Under the pieces are notes generated by a model. That model had not been told where the DNA came from. It ran no database searches and saw only the letters and a list, made by a program, of their open reading frames with translations. A stretch of 64,000 bases of DNA from Ruditapes philippinarum (lineage: Eukaryota), in the NCBI RefSeq assembly GCF_026571515.1, contig NW_026853829.1:248001-312000 (forward strand), given 5' to 3'. A program made the translations under genes and the position numbers. Shown here piece after piece: positions 52,530-64,000 of the stretch; the first letter of the stretch is position 1, and each line of letters begins with the position of its first letter.

Positions 52530-54331
52530 CTGTCTGAGTTGCAATAACTTTGTTTAACAAATGTTAACATACTACTGCCAAATTAGTAGTTATATTATTA
52601 CTTGATTGATTTTGGCTGAATTTGTATTAAAGATATACTATGCTCAAATTTGATATTAGAAAATATTGATAATTAGTACACAGTAAATATAAAATAAACA
52701 TGTATTGACTTCACACAAAATAGATATGTTATGTTTAAAATTCTACATACTATAGGTGGTAACATTATGAATATACATGTATAGTGTCATTACAAAAGCC
52801 GTCAGTTTTTTTTAAAGAAAAGACCAACTTTACTTGACCTGTTAAAGGGAATGCAGCTTCCTATACATAGTTTATTTAATATTTTATCCAAATTCAACAT
52901 ATTCAGTAAGAATATCATAGATTTCAATAAATTTCTGTGATAAAAACATTTTACCCAAGAATGAGCATAGAGTATCTTCAATTAAATCTTATCTATATCA
53001 CATAGATGTTAAAATATTGTATGTAAAAATATATTACCTGATATGACAGAAATGAACCAAGCTGAACTTGACCAAGATCTGTTGTAACTAATGGCCTCTT
53101 TGATGAGAGAAGGTATTCAAGAGGTGTGCCTTTGGCCCCTTTTAACTGCTCTATATCATAGCTGGTAACCTCTGGAAGCCTGTAAATTTATGTGAAAGAT
53201 TTCATAAATTAAAACATTCTTTACAAATTTTATACATGTAAAATGTACAAGTATCTGACATTGTTGTTAAAATGTATATAAGTAAAACGCCTATATGGAT
53301 TTTGTTATAGTTATATAATATAAATAAAGAATGAAATTTTAAAAACATATGTGTAGTTACTTTTGTACTTTGTTTAAAATCTTACTTGTACTGAGTGTCA
53401 ACTTGGCATAAAACTGGTTTTCTCTTCCTTGTCTCACAAGCTTTGGCCACCACAACATGGTTAAGTGGGACAGGCTCAATCTTCTCTCCTCTTGGAACAT
53501 GCCATTGCTGGGGCACACTTGTACAACTCAACTGGTCAGGTACATTACTGATGTTGTGTAGTTTCAGCCCTTGAAGGGTTTTCACTAGACCAATAATGTG
53601 GGAACAGTGGCCTGTTAATCTGAAATATACAAGACTGCACATTATTATTGTATCAAACAGTGATTCAACAATGATGGTGATAAATCATGATGATGATGAT
53701 GATGATCATTTTTGTTATCATTAGATCTGTTTTGATTAAGTTGACAGAAAAAATACACCATGACTCTTCTGTCTATGATATCTTTTTTCTTTACTGAAGA
53801 GAATTAATTTTAAAAAAAAATCCGACATAGTTATACATGTATAATAAATAGATCTACATAATGGTGTATAGTATATACATTTTTTTATATTTTTTATTTA
53901 TTTATTTTATTTTATTATTTTATTTTTTTTGGAAAGTGGGAGGGGTGCAATTCATTTTTTTTATTCTAAAATAGAGAAATACAGAATCCCCAAAGAAAGC
54001 CTACTTAAGTTGTTGACAATTTTACGTACTTGATTACTTACCCAACCTTACAAGAGCAGTACGACTCTGTTATAGTATCTTTAAGAATCTCAATATGTAG
54101 AGTGTGCGGCTTTTCGTTTTTCCTCATTGATCTCCAACACCGAGCAACAACCTTTACCTTGGGTTTATCGTCAATATGAACCTTAATTTGATGGACATAG
54201 CCTTGAAGGTAGTAATTTAAACCTCTTTTTATAATCCTTTCCATAAGACTTCTGTGATTAGGTAGAAAACTAATAGATATATTATCGGGCACATCTTCTA
54301 GCGAGTCGGTTGTTGTTGATACGGCCGCCAT
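50644..54331 (-). CDS. SWIM zinc finger + YqaJ/lambda-exonuclease-like protein; exons 54331-54042, 53619-53386, 53179-53038, 51438-50644; 486 aa, open
   Basis: CSCKVG|LTGHCSH (SWIM), SCTSVPQQWHVPR, GSFLSYQ, WHQARQNRLTAS, GATPDG, IEIKCPY and YYAQVQGQL. Exon phases are compatible and the 1461 nt have no internal stop. Confidence 0.92.
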
Positions 54332-54406
54332 TTTGGATGCTGGCTTGTGAGGCATAGCAACAATCACTAGGGATTGCGCAATAGGCGGAAATAATCGGAA
54401 CGGTCC

Positions 54407-54830
54407 ATTGATGCAAGCACTATTAAGTGTGGGTATGGAGTACCGCTCAAGCCGGTGCTAGAGGGCGTGAGGGATGTTGCACATTTTTATTTTCCCTCAT
54501 CAAACCGAATCTGCAACTCATTTGTAATTGTGTTGTAATTAATGCTTTCGAGGGATCACTTTGTTTTCAGATTTTTATACTTCACAACAGCAGGTGTCAA
54601 GTGATGTGTGGCAGCTGTCAAACGTTGCCCGTACTTCACTTCAGTGTTGTTATATTTTTCTGGTCCTTCGGGATCATTGATGCCAGCGAGAATTGAGAAC
54701 CCGGTGCTAGGGTGCGTGAAGGATGTTGCACATTTTCATTATCCCTAATGTACAGACTCAAGCAAACCCGATTCTGCAATTCTCTTGTAATTTTGGTGTG
54801 ATAACTGTTTCCGAGGGATAACTTTTATAT
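54407..54830 (+). repeat. Family B structured repeat (about 1.5-2 tandem units; left piece at 48626-48651)
   Basis: Reverse complement of the 60245-60692 array; split by the ISL2EU insertion. Confidence 0.85.
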
Positions 54831-55719
54831 CAAGCTATGACTTTCAATGGCAACCATTGACTTCCTTCAATTGCAACCACTGAATTTCCATAGCAACCAT
54901 AGACTTCCATAGCAACCGGGGACTTCAAATAGCAATTGTTGACTCTCATAGAAACCTCTGACTTTCCAATGCAAAAATTTACTTTCCATAAGAACCATTG
55001 ACTAAAGTTAGCATCAGTGCGTCTTTACGCAACGTTTACATTGCGCAAATGGCGTTTCGTTGAATGGTTAATACACTAGTGTATTTTTTTTTTAATCTGA
55101 TAAGTTGTGTATGAAGCTCATGATAATGTGATATTATACCAATGTCCATTTAAATTTGAATTATTGTAGTGACAATGAATTATTTATATAAATTTCAAAT
55201 TTCGTTTGCTTCGCTCTGAAGAATAATTTATGTATTTCTTTTCATTATATGCATGTTTTTGCAAAGACATTCACCATAAAACAAGTGATACTTTATTGAT
55301 ACGGTTGACATAAATTTGATCAGCCTACGCTTTATTTAGAATGTTCATCTCCTATCTAATTCATTTTTGATCAGCAGATGTTTTACGACGTATGCTTATT
55401 ATAAACAATGGCACTAATAAATCTGACTGGTTAATGATGAAATAAGATTCTCTAGATAATATCATTACAATACCCAATACAAAATGTATATTGAAAATTG
55501 ATTTATTTTTTCAGAAATTATTAACAGATGTAAGACGAAGCTAGTAATTGATGGACGGTTGATAAAGATATAATATGACGGGACATATTGTAACTGTCAA
55601 AGATTATAGATATTAAGGTGGCATCATTAGATTGTAAATCAAGTTACTGTTTATTTATTGATATACATTAATCTTGTGACAGGGGTTTGTCGGTTGGTTA
55701 ATTGCCAAATTATGGTAGA

Positions 55720-55835
55720 TTTGGTTTAAACAATATTTTATTTCAGCAAATATATATATATACGCAATATATTACAATAAAATGCAAAAAGGATTGAGTA
55801 GAAAGCTAGAAGCTTTTTTAGAAACTCTCTCCTTG
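55720..55835 (-). repeat. 3' end of another CR1-group LINE
   Basis: Minus strand GGAGAGAG...AAGCTTCTAGCTT...TCAATCCTTTT...AAATAAAATATTGTTTAAACCAA parallels the tail at 39412-39523. Confidence 0.6.
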
Positions 55836-58029
55836 AAATGAAACAGTAGTTATTAATGATAACATTCATATATAAACAAAATATTGTATGCTTGGTAGAT
55901 TTGCCAATGAATACAAAACATCACAAAACATGTATAGATATTTTCAAATTACAATAAAGTAAAAACATTGATTAATAAAATCACGTGTTGCATTGGAATA
56001 ACATTATGTTAGTGCCCTCGTTCTTTTTAATAAAACCATTTATTTTAGTTTTAATTATTAAATCGAACTGAAATAATATGATTTTTTTTCATTTAAATTT
56101 TGTAATAACAAGAGGTTTCTTTAAAACGCCTTTGAATGTGAAGAAATCTTGAAAAGATAAATAAAAATGGTTTTATAATTATACTTAAATGTATGTTCAC
56201 TGATTGATTTTTTTAAATCGTGTTTTTAATGCATTTGTATCTAGGTAGATAATTGATAAATGGCTACTTTGAAATAAATAGCTTATTTGCATTTTGAATA
56301 TATCAGAATATAATTATAATTGTACGATGTCTACAATTGTTGAATGAACATACACGGTACATTCAGATTTAACAGATCTGAATTACATTGGAAGATGATA
56401 TATAATTGACTAGACATTGATAAAATTTAAATCACAAAATATAAATATAAAAAGAGTAAAATAGCAACTTTTATTTCACAAATGTAAAATTGAGTTACAA
56501 ATACTTGTGTTTTCTATATTCATTTGTTTGCAATATAAATGTGTTTAACATGTTAAAAAGCATTTTTGTCACAGCCGTTCTATCGAAAGCTATGCTTATT
56601 ACATTAAAGTTTTTCATATTTAATCTTGAAACATAAAAAGTTCAATTACTCATTACGTGATGTTAGAAGTATATGATTTCAAAGCTTGAGGAATCTAAAT
56701 CTATCAATTCGTGTCGGAAAATATATATACGCCAATAACCTCTAAAGTACAAGGTTTTTTGTTTGAGCATCTAATCTTATATCTACTTTCAACCTTATTA
56801 CGCGAAGTTTTACCTCCTCTATATTATCTTATAAAATGGAGTGGTTTTATTTGTAGGGAAAATAAGGTTTCATTGACATCAAAGAATAAGTAATTGTTAG
56901 CTAGCCTTTTCTGTTTGAAAGATCAGTTAATGTTATACGACATTGTACATAACTGGCAATGAACATACATTTGGTGTTGACGAATTCACAGAATGTTCTG
57001 TTAAAACGCACACGGTTTTCTCTGATAAAAGATCAGTGTTGACAATTAAAGCCGTGAATCAAATACATTGCATGCATCAAAACAATCAAACTAATTGATG
57101 GATAAGATAATAATGACCAAAATTTTGAAAGCAGAAAGTATATAGACATTCGTGTAAAAGTTGATTGATTACAACAGAACCAATATTAATTAATTAGACA
57201 AAGATATGTACAGCCATGGGATCTATGAACAAACTCAATCACAATTTTGTGTCATAAGATACATAGTAAATAATTTTGAACAAGTATTTTATATGGTTGC
57301 CCATTGAAAATGTTATTTAAAATAAATTTTAGATACATAAGTTATAACAGTGTTCGCTTTACAAATACATTTTGTAAATAGTTAAATGATACGTATAACA
57401 GTCTTCTGATAACAGTCCAAGGTCAACTGATCAGGCATCAAATTTTCTTGCCTTTCTATTGTAGTGCGGCGTCTCTACCATACTACATGTGTAGTTTTCG
57501 TTGTTTTTGAAGTTATTCATGCTATGATTTTTGCATGTTCTCATCATTGATTCATTAAACATAAAAATTTTCAAAGTTTATTTCAATCAGAACCAGAGGC
57601 ATACATATACAAAACTTTATGACGGACAGATTATACATTTAACAATAATTGCATTATAACAGTATACCTTGCAAACATAATTTACTTTGGAGAAGGTTTT
57701 GTCAACCTTATTCACCCTTACCAATTGTGACATATTTCAAACTAAATTTCAGGTTACCTCATTCCAATTTTAAAGTCAACCTTTTAACGAAACGAAACAT
57801 AAAGATGACTGACTGGAGTGAACAAAACACATGACCAATGTACTTTTTCTGTGTGAGACTATTGTGCTACATATGAACGACGCCTTAAAATAGTACACAT
57901 AAATATCCATTATATAAATACAGCACGATAAAGTGAGAATGCATTCTTTAAATTAAAACTTCACATGATTAACAATCTAGATAATTATTTGTAAAACATC
58001 ATTAAACAATTACCATATAATATTTCGTT

Positions 58030-58680
58030 ATGTTTTTTTAAAAGCAGTGTGTATAAAAGTTCCAAGCATTCTTACTATCATGGTTTTCGTTATTCATCAA
58101 GTCTGTAAATTTGTACATATTTGGCCTTCGCCAATATTTTGATAATATATATTTATGTCTTAAGTTCATCGTACAACTTGCATTCTATAATAAAATGATA
58201 CTCGTCTTTTAAGACGTTAAAAAGTTACATAATCTTTCATTTACTGGTATAGTCGCCGGTCTTTGACCAACGATCTGCTTCTATTTGCAGTCTTTTGACA
58301 AAACGCTTAATCTAACAAAAGATTGACAAAATTTACTATTTGTGAAGTGTTCCAAGGTATGTTTGAAATCTAAAATTTGAAATAGTTCGATAAAACAATG
58401 CTCTACTAGAATTCTTTAATCTTTCATGCCAATTCTGCTTGAACATATTGTGTAATCCTTGTTTAGCTAAAGACAAAAATAAATTACTATCACCAACATT
58501 TTGTTGCAACCATACATCATAATACCAAGTGTACAAAATAAGTCTTTTACTAAAGAGCACCAATTTACTTTATTCGGTGCATTTTCTAAATCATTTTTGA
58601 GCATATTATATACCAAAGACATATATTATCTATTATTTTTTAATATCCAGCCTTTAGTTGAATTATATCAGAGTACATTT
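58030..58680 (-). pseudogene. LINE ORF2 C-terminal remnant
   Basis: Minus strand NWHERLKNSSRALFYRTISNFRFQTYL...LQIEADRW...ERLC...DEYHFIIECKLY across frameshifts. Confidence 0.75.
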
Positions 58681-60244
58681 TGAACACGAATACAAAAATA
58701 AAAATGTGCATAAAATATTGATAAATTTATTGATACTTATAAAAAAAAGAGAGCAGATAGCCAAACTTTCCAAGCAGACATAGGTTTGATTTGCCATTGT
58801 GACCACAATGTTTTATAACCTTTACAATTGCTAAAATAGCTACTGTTTCATTACAATTGTTTTGACTAAAATAACTAATTTTTAATACTCCTTAAACCCC
58901 GGTCAAAAGCTGCACAAATGCCTAGAATTGTCAGCAGCTTATTTGAATACACTATGAATATTAAACGTTACCCTCAGGATTCCAAATGCCAAGTGACATT
59001 CAAGATACCATATTGATTTAACTTTGGCATTTGTCTGAGGAAATCACATTTAAGCAATTTGAAATTTTACCAAAAGTCTAGACTAGCGTTAATGAATTAG
59101 CTTCTTTGATGTTGCAAAAAGTGATATGTAGTGGAATACACTTGACTAACAATTTGAGCAAATAACCATCTTATCAGGAGAAATTCTGACTTGATAGAAA
59201 GTGTTCATTAACATGGAGCGTCTGACAGAAAAAAAATCAATATATGATAAACAAGATCAACAAGGAAAGGCGGCGTTCAATGATTAACAATAATTAATTT
59301 AATTATTTAAACTAATAATACAACAAAACGAATTGGGTTTTTATCAATCAGATATTTTGACTTTAATACTGCAACAGAAACTATTCAAGTAAAAATAATA
59401 ATATCAAACAACATAAATATAGAAAACGGTTTTTTAAACTAACCAAGTTGCAGAAGCACTAAATAAATCTCAATGTTTAGAAAGTAAACATCAATTCACT
59501 TTGCCATTCTCGTCAATGCTGGTTATGTTTAACAAATAGTAAAGACCAAAGCTTTCAAATTATTTAAATATTATCTATTGAGTTAAACAACGAATAAAAG
59601 CCGAGAATTTACTTGTAGATAAGCAAAACACTTAATGTTTAGGAATAATATTAGCCCTTTATATAAAGCACTAAATATGGTTTTTTATTATCGCCCAAAA
59701 TATAAAAGTGTTCAAGTAAAATAAATTTCCTGCATTATGTAAGTTTGTTAATAACATTTCTATTAAGAGTTGTAACTTCTTCAGTAAACAATTTCTTAAT
59801 TTTCATGGATTTGGCATTTAATAAACAAACAAACAAGTTATTTAATTTTAGTCTTTGTCTCAGGAAACCAAAGGTTCTCTCTAGCAAATTATAGATTAAT
59901 CAGGTAATATTTTTTTCTTCCTATCCTGTCGCACATAGTTAAGTAAACATTTGATAGAAAATTAAAAAGCAGAAAGAAAATTAAAAAGCAGAATAATATC
60001 AACATTTCACAGAAGAGTAAGCGAAGTTAGATTTCCAGTTCCCGATTCATTAACATTACCCTTGTAAACGGTGTACTGCTTGATTAGAAATTTTTACCAA
60101 GTATCAAATATGACAATTACAGGGACGTCTGAATCTTCTGTAAAACAAACAACATAACCATAAAGAACAGTAATATAATTTTTTATGTTCATGAAAAAAA
60201 AATGACATACATTTTTTTATTCATTTTATCGCATGAACTACACA

Positions 60245-60692
60245 AATAAAAAAATCTGGAAACAAAGTGATCCCTCGGAAGCATTAATCACAACAAAATT
60301 ACATAAGAATTGCAGACTCGGTTTGATTGAGTCTGTACATGAGGGATAATGAATGAGTGCAACATCCTTAACGCCCCCTAGCACCGGCTTGAGCGGTACT
60401 CAATTCTCAACACTTAATAGCGCTGGCATCAATGATCCCGAAGGACCAGAAAAATATAACAACACTGAAGTGAAGTACGGGGCAACTTTTTACAGCTGCC
60501 ATACAGCACTTGACACCTGCTGTTGTGAAGTATAAAAATCTGGAAACAAAGTGATCCCTCGGAAGCATTAATCACAACAAAATTACATAAGAATTGCAGA
60601 CTCGGTTTGATTGAGTCTGTCCATGAGGGATAATGAAGGAGTGCAGCAGCCCTCACGCCCCCTAGCACCGGCTTGAGCGGTACTCAATTCTC
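60245..60692 (-). repeat. Family B tandem array, 284-bp period, ~1.6 units
   Basis: AGAATTGCAGACTCGG at 60306 and 60590; the units are nearly identical. Confidence 0.9.
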
Positions 60693-61685
60693 AAACCATC
60701 CATAGTTCTGTATTAGAGTAAATTCCAATGTAATTAATATCGGATATGGTATATCTGAGATGATATAAATTTGAAAATTTAACAACTATTTCAGGAAAGA
60801 CATTATTTATGTTGTAGACATAAAGTAGGAAATGTTTCGTGGTGTACATGATAACAGACTTATACAAAATAAATGAGTAAATCAAGTAGTTTAGGTAAAC
60901 TTTAACTGAAAAGAATTATTTAAATTTCAATATGAGTTATAACAAAACAAATTCATCTTACTATCATTACCATTTACAGAAGCATTTACAACGTAAAAAC
61001 AAATTTACTGCTATGGAAATGACCACTAAAACGAAGGTACATTTGACATTGTTGATATCCTTTATCTTTCTAACTTGTTGCGTTCATTGAACGCCGCCTT
61101 TCCTTGTTGATCTTGTTTATCATATTTTGTGTAAATCATTACAAAAAAATGATTTTTATCAAAGTTATCTAATTAACAATATTCAATTTTTTTAAGGTAT
61201 AGGAGTAACAGTTTTTTCGCGGGTATGTTTGAAAGACAAATCATCACCCTAAACGTCATACGGTGACTTTCAAGCTCTACTGGTCGAGGTCATTTGAGAA
61301 TAATATTCCTTACAGTCTGAAAGTTGGTACCAAAAGGCTAATGTAATATTTCATAATAATGATGTCAATAGTTTTGCATTTTCAATTCCACGCTTGATAT
61401 TGTATCACGAGTTGTTATGTTATTAATTCTAAAATATATAGAACTGCCAAGTCATTTTTACAAAGAATATTTTATATATTGACAATCATATATAACATAG
61501 CTATCAAAATAAATGTGATAATATCGGCATTTCACCATTTAAGTTTAATTTAACAATTTGGAAAACACCGAATTTGCCATAACAATGCCGATAATTTCTT
61601 AATAAATAGAACAGGATTATGTTTTAAACTGAAGAAAAAAATTAAGTTTTGAAAGTGAAACATTTACATACAAATACTGTAAACA

Positions 61686-62866
61686 AATAGAGAAAAACAA
61701 AAGCCCTAAAGAAAGCACAACACGGCAAAATGTAAAATGTTGCAGGCTCGGTTTGATAGAGCCTGTTCATGGACGGTACTGGCAAGTGCAAGCTAGCGTC
61801 CACGCCCCCTAGCAAGCAGAATTCAACATTTAAACACAGAAATGGTGAAATTTTGAATTTAGAAACATCCGCAGATGTTTCTAACTAAATAAAATGGAAT
61901 TTTGAAAGAGGACCTGAGGTTATGAAGCCTGCATATCACAGATAAGTCGTCAAAAGACAAATTTAAAAAGCAGGCAACATTTCCTAATGGTGATAATACA
62001 GTATTCAAGTAGGAATATTGGAACCAAACAATTACTAGAAATATAAAGTATTCACAATTCTGTGTTTTGAGAGTAAAATATAAAGGAACGCTTATAATAT
62101 AGATAAATACAGAATCCCTAAAGAAAGCCCAACACGGCAAAATTGAAAATGTTGAAGGCTCGGTTTGATTGAGCCTGTTCATGGACGGTACTGGACAAGA
62201 ATAAAGATAAGGTCAAAAATTAAACTAACGATTCATCCAGTATGCAATCGACGATCTGTCTAGCCGATAGCGCGACACAATCTTACAATCCCTAACGTCC
62301 TCTAGCCGTACCCTTTTTAAAAACGCTATTTCTTTTTTTCAATGATCTCTGATCTCAGAAACGTAAATTTATTCCATTTTGGAGTACATGTGACGTCACG
62401 CAAACGTCGTTCGACAGCACATTCGTAACTGCCGCGGCTATTATCTACAATAACCTCGGAAACAATACGGATCGCAAGTAGTTATACCACGTGGTTTCAG
62501 ATGTTAACAAAAACTGAGTTTGCAATGTAAAACGAATGTATATATTTGACATCAAAAGGTAAAATAAGGTAGGTTTCGGGCTTGTACCGCTCAAGCCGGT
62601 GCTTGGGGACGTGAGGGATGTTGCACGTATTCATTATCCCTCATGTACAGACTCAATCAAATAGAGAGAAATAAGAATGCCTAAAGAAAGCCCAACACGG
62701 CAAAATTGAAAATGATGCAGGCTCGGTTTGATTGAGCCTGTTCATGGACGGTACTGTAAAGTGCAAGTTACCGTCCACGCACCCTAGCACCGGCTTAAGC
62801 AGAATTCAACATTTAACACGAAACTTTTGAATTTAGAATCACCCACAGATGTGTTCATACGGCGGT
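61686..62866. repeat. Cluster of family A copies (61686-62042, 62097-62195, 62660-62866; minus) and a family B fragment (62583-62660; plus)
   Basis: Same AATAGA.AAA...CCTAAAGAAAGC start and GCAGGCTCGGTTTGATTGAGCCTG core as the 21.5-24.3 kb cluster. Confidence 0.85.
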
Positions 62867-64000
62867 TGTGTATACATGTAGTGACGTCGGACATGTCCGC
62901 AATTTTTAAATCCCCTTCTGACTCAATGCAAATACAAGCGCTAGTAAAACAAGTATATTTATTCTAAATAATGTATTTCAATCATCTAAACAGAATGGAT
63001 AGATAGAAGGATGTTTGTTTTATTACGTAAGTAGTGATTTTTTATGTATACTTACCGCATCGATTAAATATCGATAAACAAACACAGGCATTTCCGGGTT
63101 TTATCATGGGCGCGACCATCTTGAAAATCATGTGATAGGTGCTTTCTTTAAATGGGTATAACGTGACACTAATTTGGCCAATCGTGGAACTTTAGTACCG
63201 TGTGCAAAGGAGAAAACTCCGAAGAAACATCTGAGTGAGTAAAAGTTTGTTCACAAGGAAAGGAGGCGATTCGTCTTTGAAAATTGTAAAAATTACATCT
63301 CCACAATATAGCATAAATATTACGCAAGCTGCGAAAGAGAGCCAAAAGTTTGTTTTTCCAGGAAAGGAGAGCGATTTCGTCTTTTGAAAATTAGTAAAAA
63401 ATTACAATGTCCACAATATAGCATAATATATTTACGAAAGCTTGCGAAAGTCAGAGCAGTCTAAACAGTCCCTAAACTACATGTAAATGGTTTTAAACTG
63501 CCCTTAAAACGAAGGGCACGCCCGGGCAAGCTTTTGAAAGTGGGTCATGTCAAACCGGAAGCCATCCATTGATTGTCCCGTAATGTATTTTCGCGATGTT
63601 ATAAAAATGCCAGGAATCGTTATTGGTATCTCTATTTGGCAATAGATATCACTGTATGTGTGTTGTTTTCTTATTTTTAGTATTTGATAGTTCATGTAGA
63701 TCTATGATTACTGTAGATGTCCATCTTTTTTAGGCGTCTTAAGACTAAGTCTTAGACTTTTATTGAATGTTGTTGCAGTTAAGTCATACGGCATGCAATG
63801 AGTGACATTCCGAGCCAAGATCAGTTGAACACCCAACAAGATTTGTTTGATAGTGAGCAGGATTTGTTTGACAGCCAGCAACCTGAACAGGACTTGTTTG
63901 ACAGCCAACAGCTTGAAGAGTCGTTTGACAGCCAACACTCTCTGTTTGACACTGACAGCTCGCCGAACAGAACATTTACTGATCCGGTAATTATAAATTA

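Larger units (their letters stand above)
48652..54406. mobile_element. ISL2EU (PIF/Harbinger-related) DNA transposon, 5755 bp
   Basis: TIR GGACCGTTCCG / CGGAACGGTCC and AT TSD (48650-48651, 54407-54408). It encodes a THAP-DDE transposase and a YqaJ-type nuclease, the gene pair known for ISL2EU. The uninterrupted target sequence is visible at 54661-54690 and 60415-60450. Confidence 0.92.

Noticed and set aside
48652-54406. Kolobok/KolobokP or viral origin of the THAP-DDE plus nuclease pair
   Set aside because: The AT TSD, short GG-starting TIR, IDGTE/ADKGF/HVER motifs and YqaJ partner fit ISL2EU; there is no TTAA TSD or long terminal direct repeat.
60440-60480. Hairpin ribozyme (ACCAGAAAAATA resembles ACCAGAGAAACA)
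   Set aside because: The partner strand GTATATTACCTGG is absent and the motif is on the less-structured strand.
2248-62182. Numerous 60-120 aa ORFs in the ORF track
   Set aside because: They lie within satellites, MITEs or families A/B, or antisense to real exons, and show no recognisable protein motifs.
63240-63460. ~100-bp tandem duplication as a biological repeat
   Set aside because: The second copy differs mainly by scattered single-base insertions, typical of uncorrected long-read error.

Overview
AT-rich eukaryotic genomic DNA. It is most likely from a bivalve mollusc, inferred from the tandem C1qDC genes and pearl/HINE-type repeats. Host genes: one 3-exon secreted Ly6/uPAR (three-finger) gene and three 2-exon signal peptide + coiled-coil + globular C1q genes, all on the minus strand. 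Most of the rest is mobile DNA. This includes a near-complete ISL2EU DNA transposon (48652-54406, AT target duplication) whose THAP-DDE transposase gene and SWIM-YqaJ nuclease gene are interleaved exon-inside-intron on opposite strands. It also includes several Helentron-type non-autonomous elements with satellite cores, a CAC-ended 2.5 kb element with ~490 bp inverted repeats and a 5-bp TSD, mariner-type MITEs, and LINE and Harbinger remnants. The most unusual signal is a set of non-coding, tail-less repeats (here families A, B and C; about 20 copies or fragments) with shared 3' termini, fixed at ...TATT in A and C. Families A and B share two structured domains that show compensatory base changes, G-U wobbles and stable tetraloops on one strand only. 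They resemble retrozyme/Penelope-dependent RNAs, but I could not match them to any ribozyme core I know. All coordinates and folds were read by eye; no database search or folding program was run.
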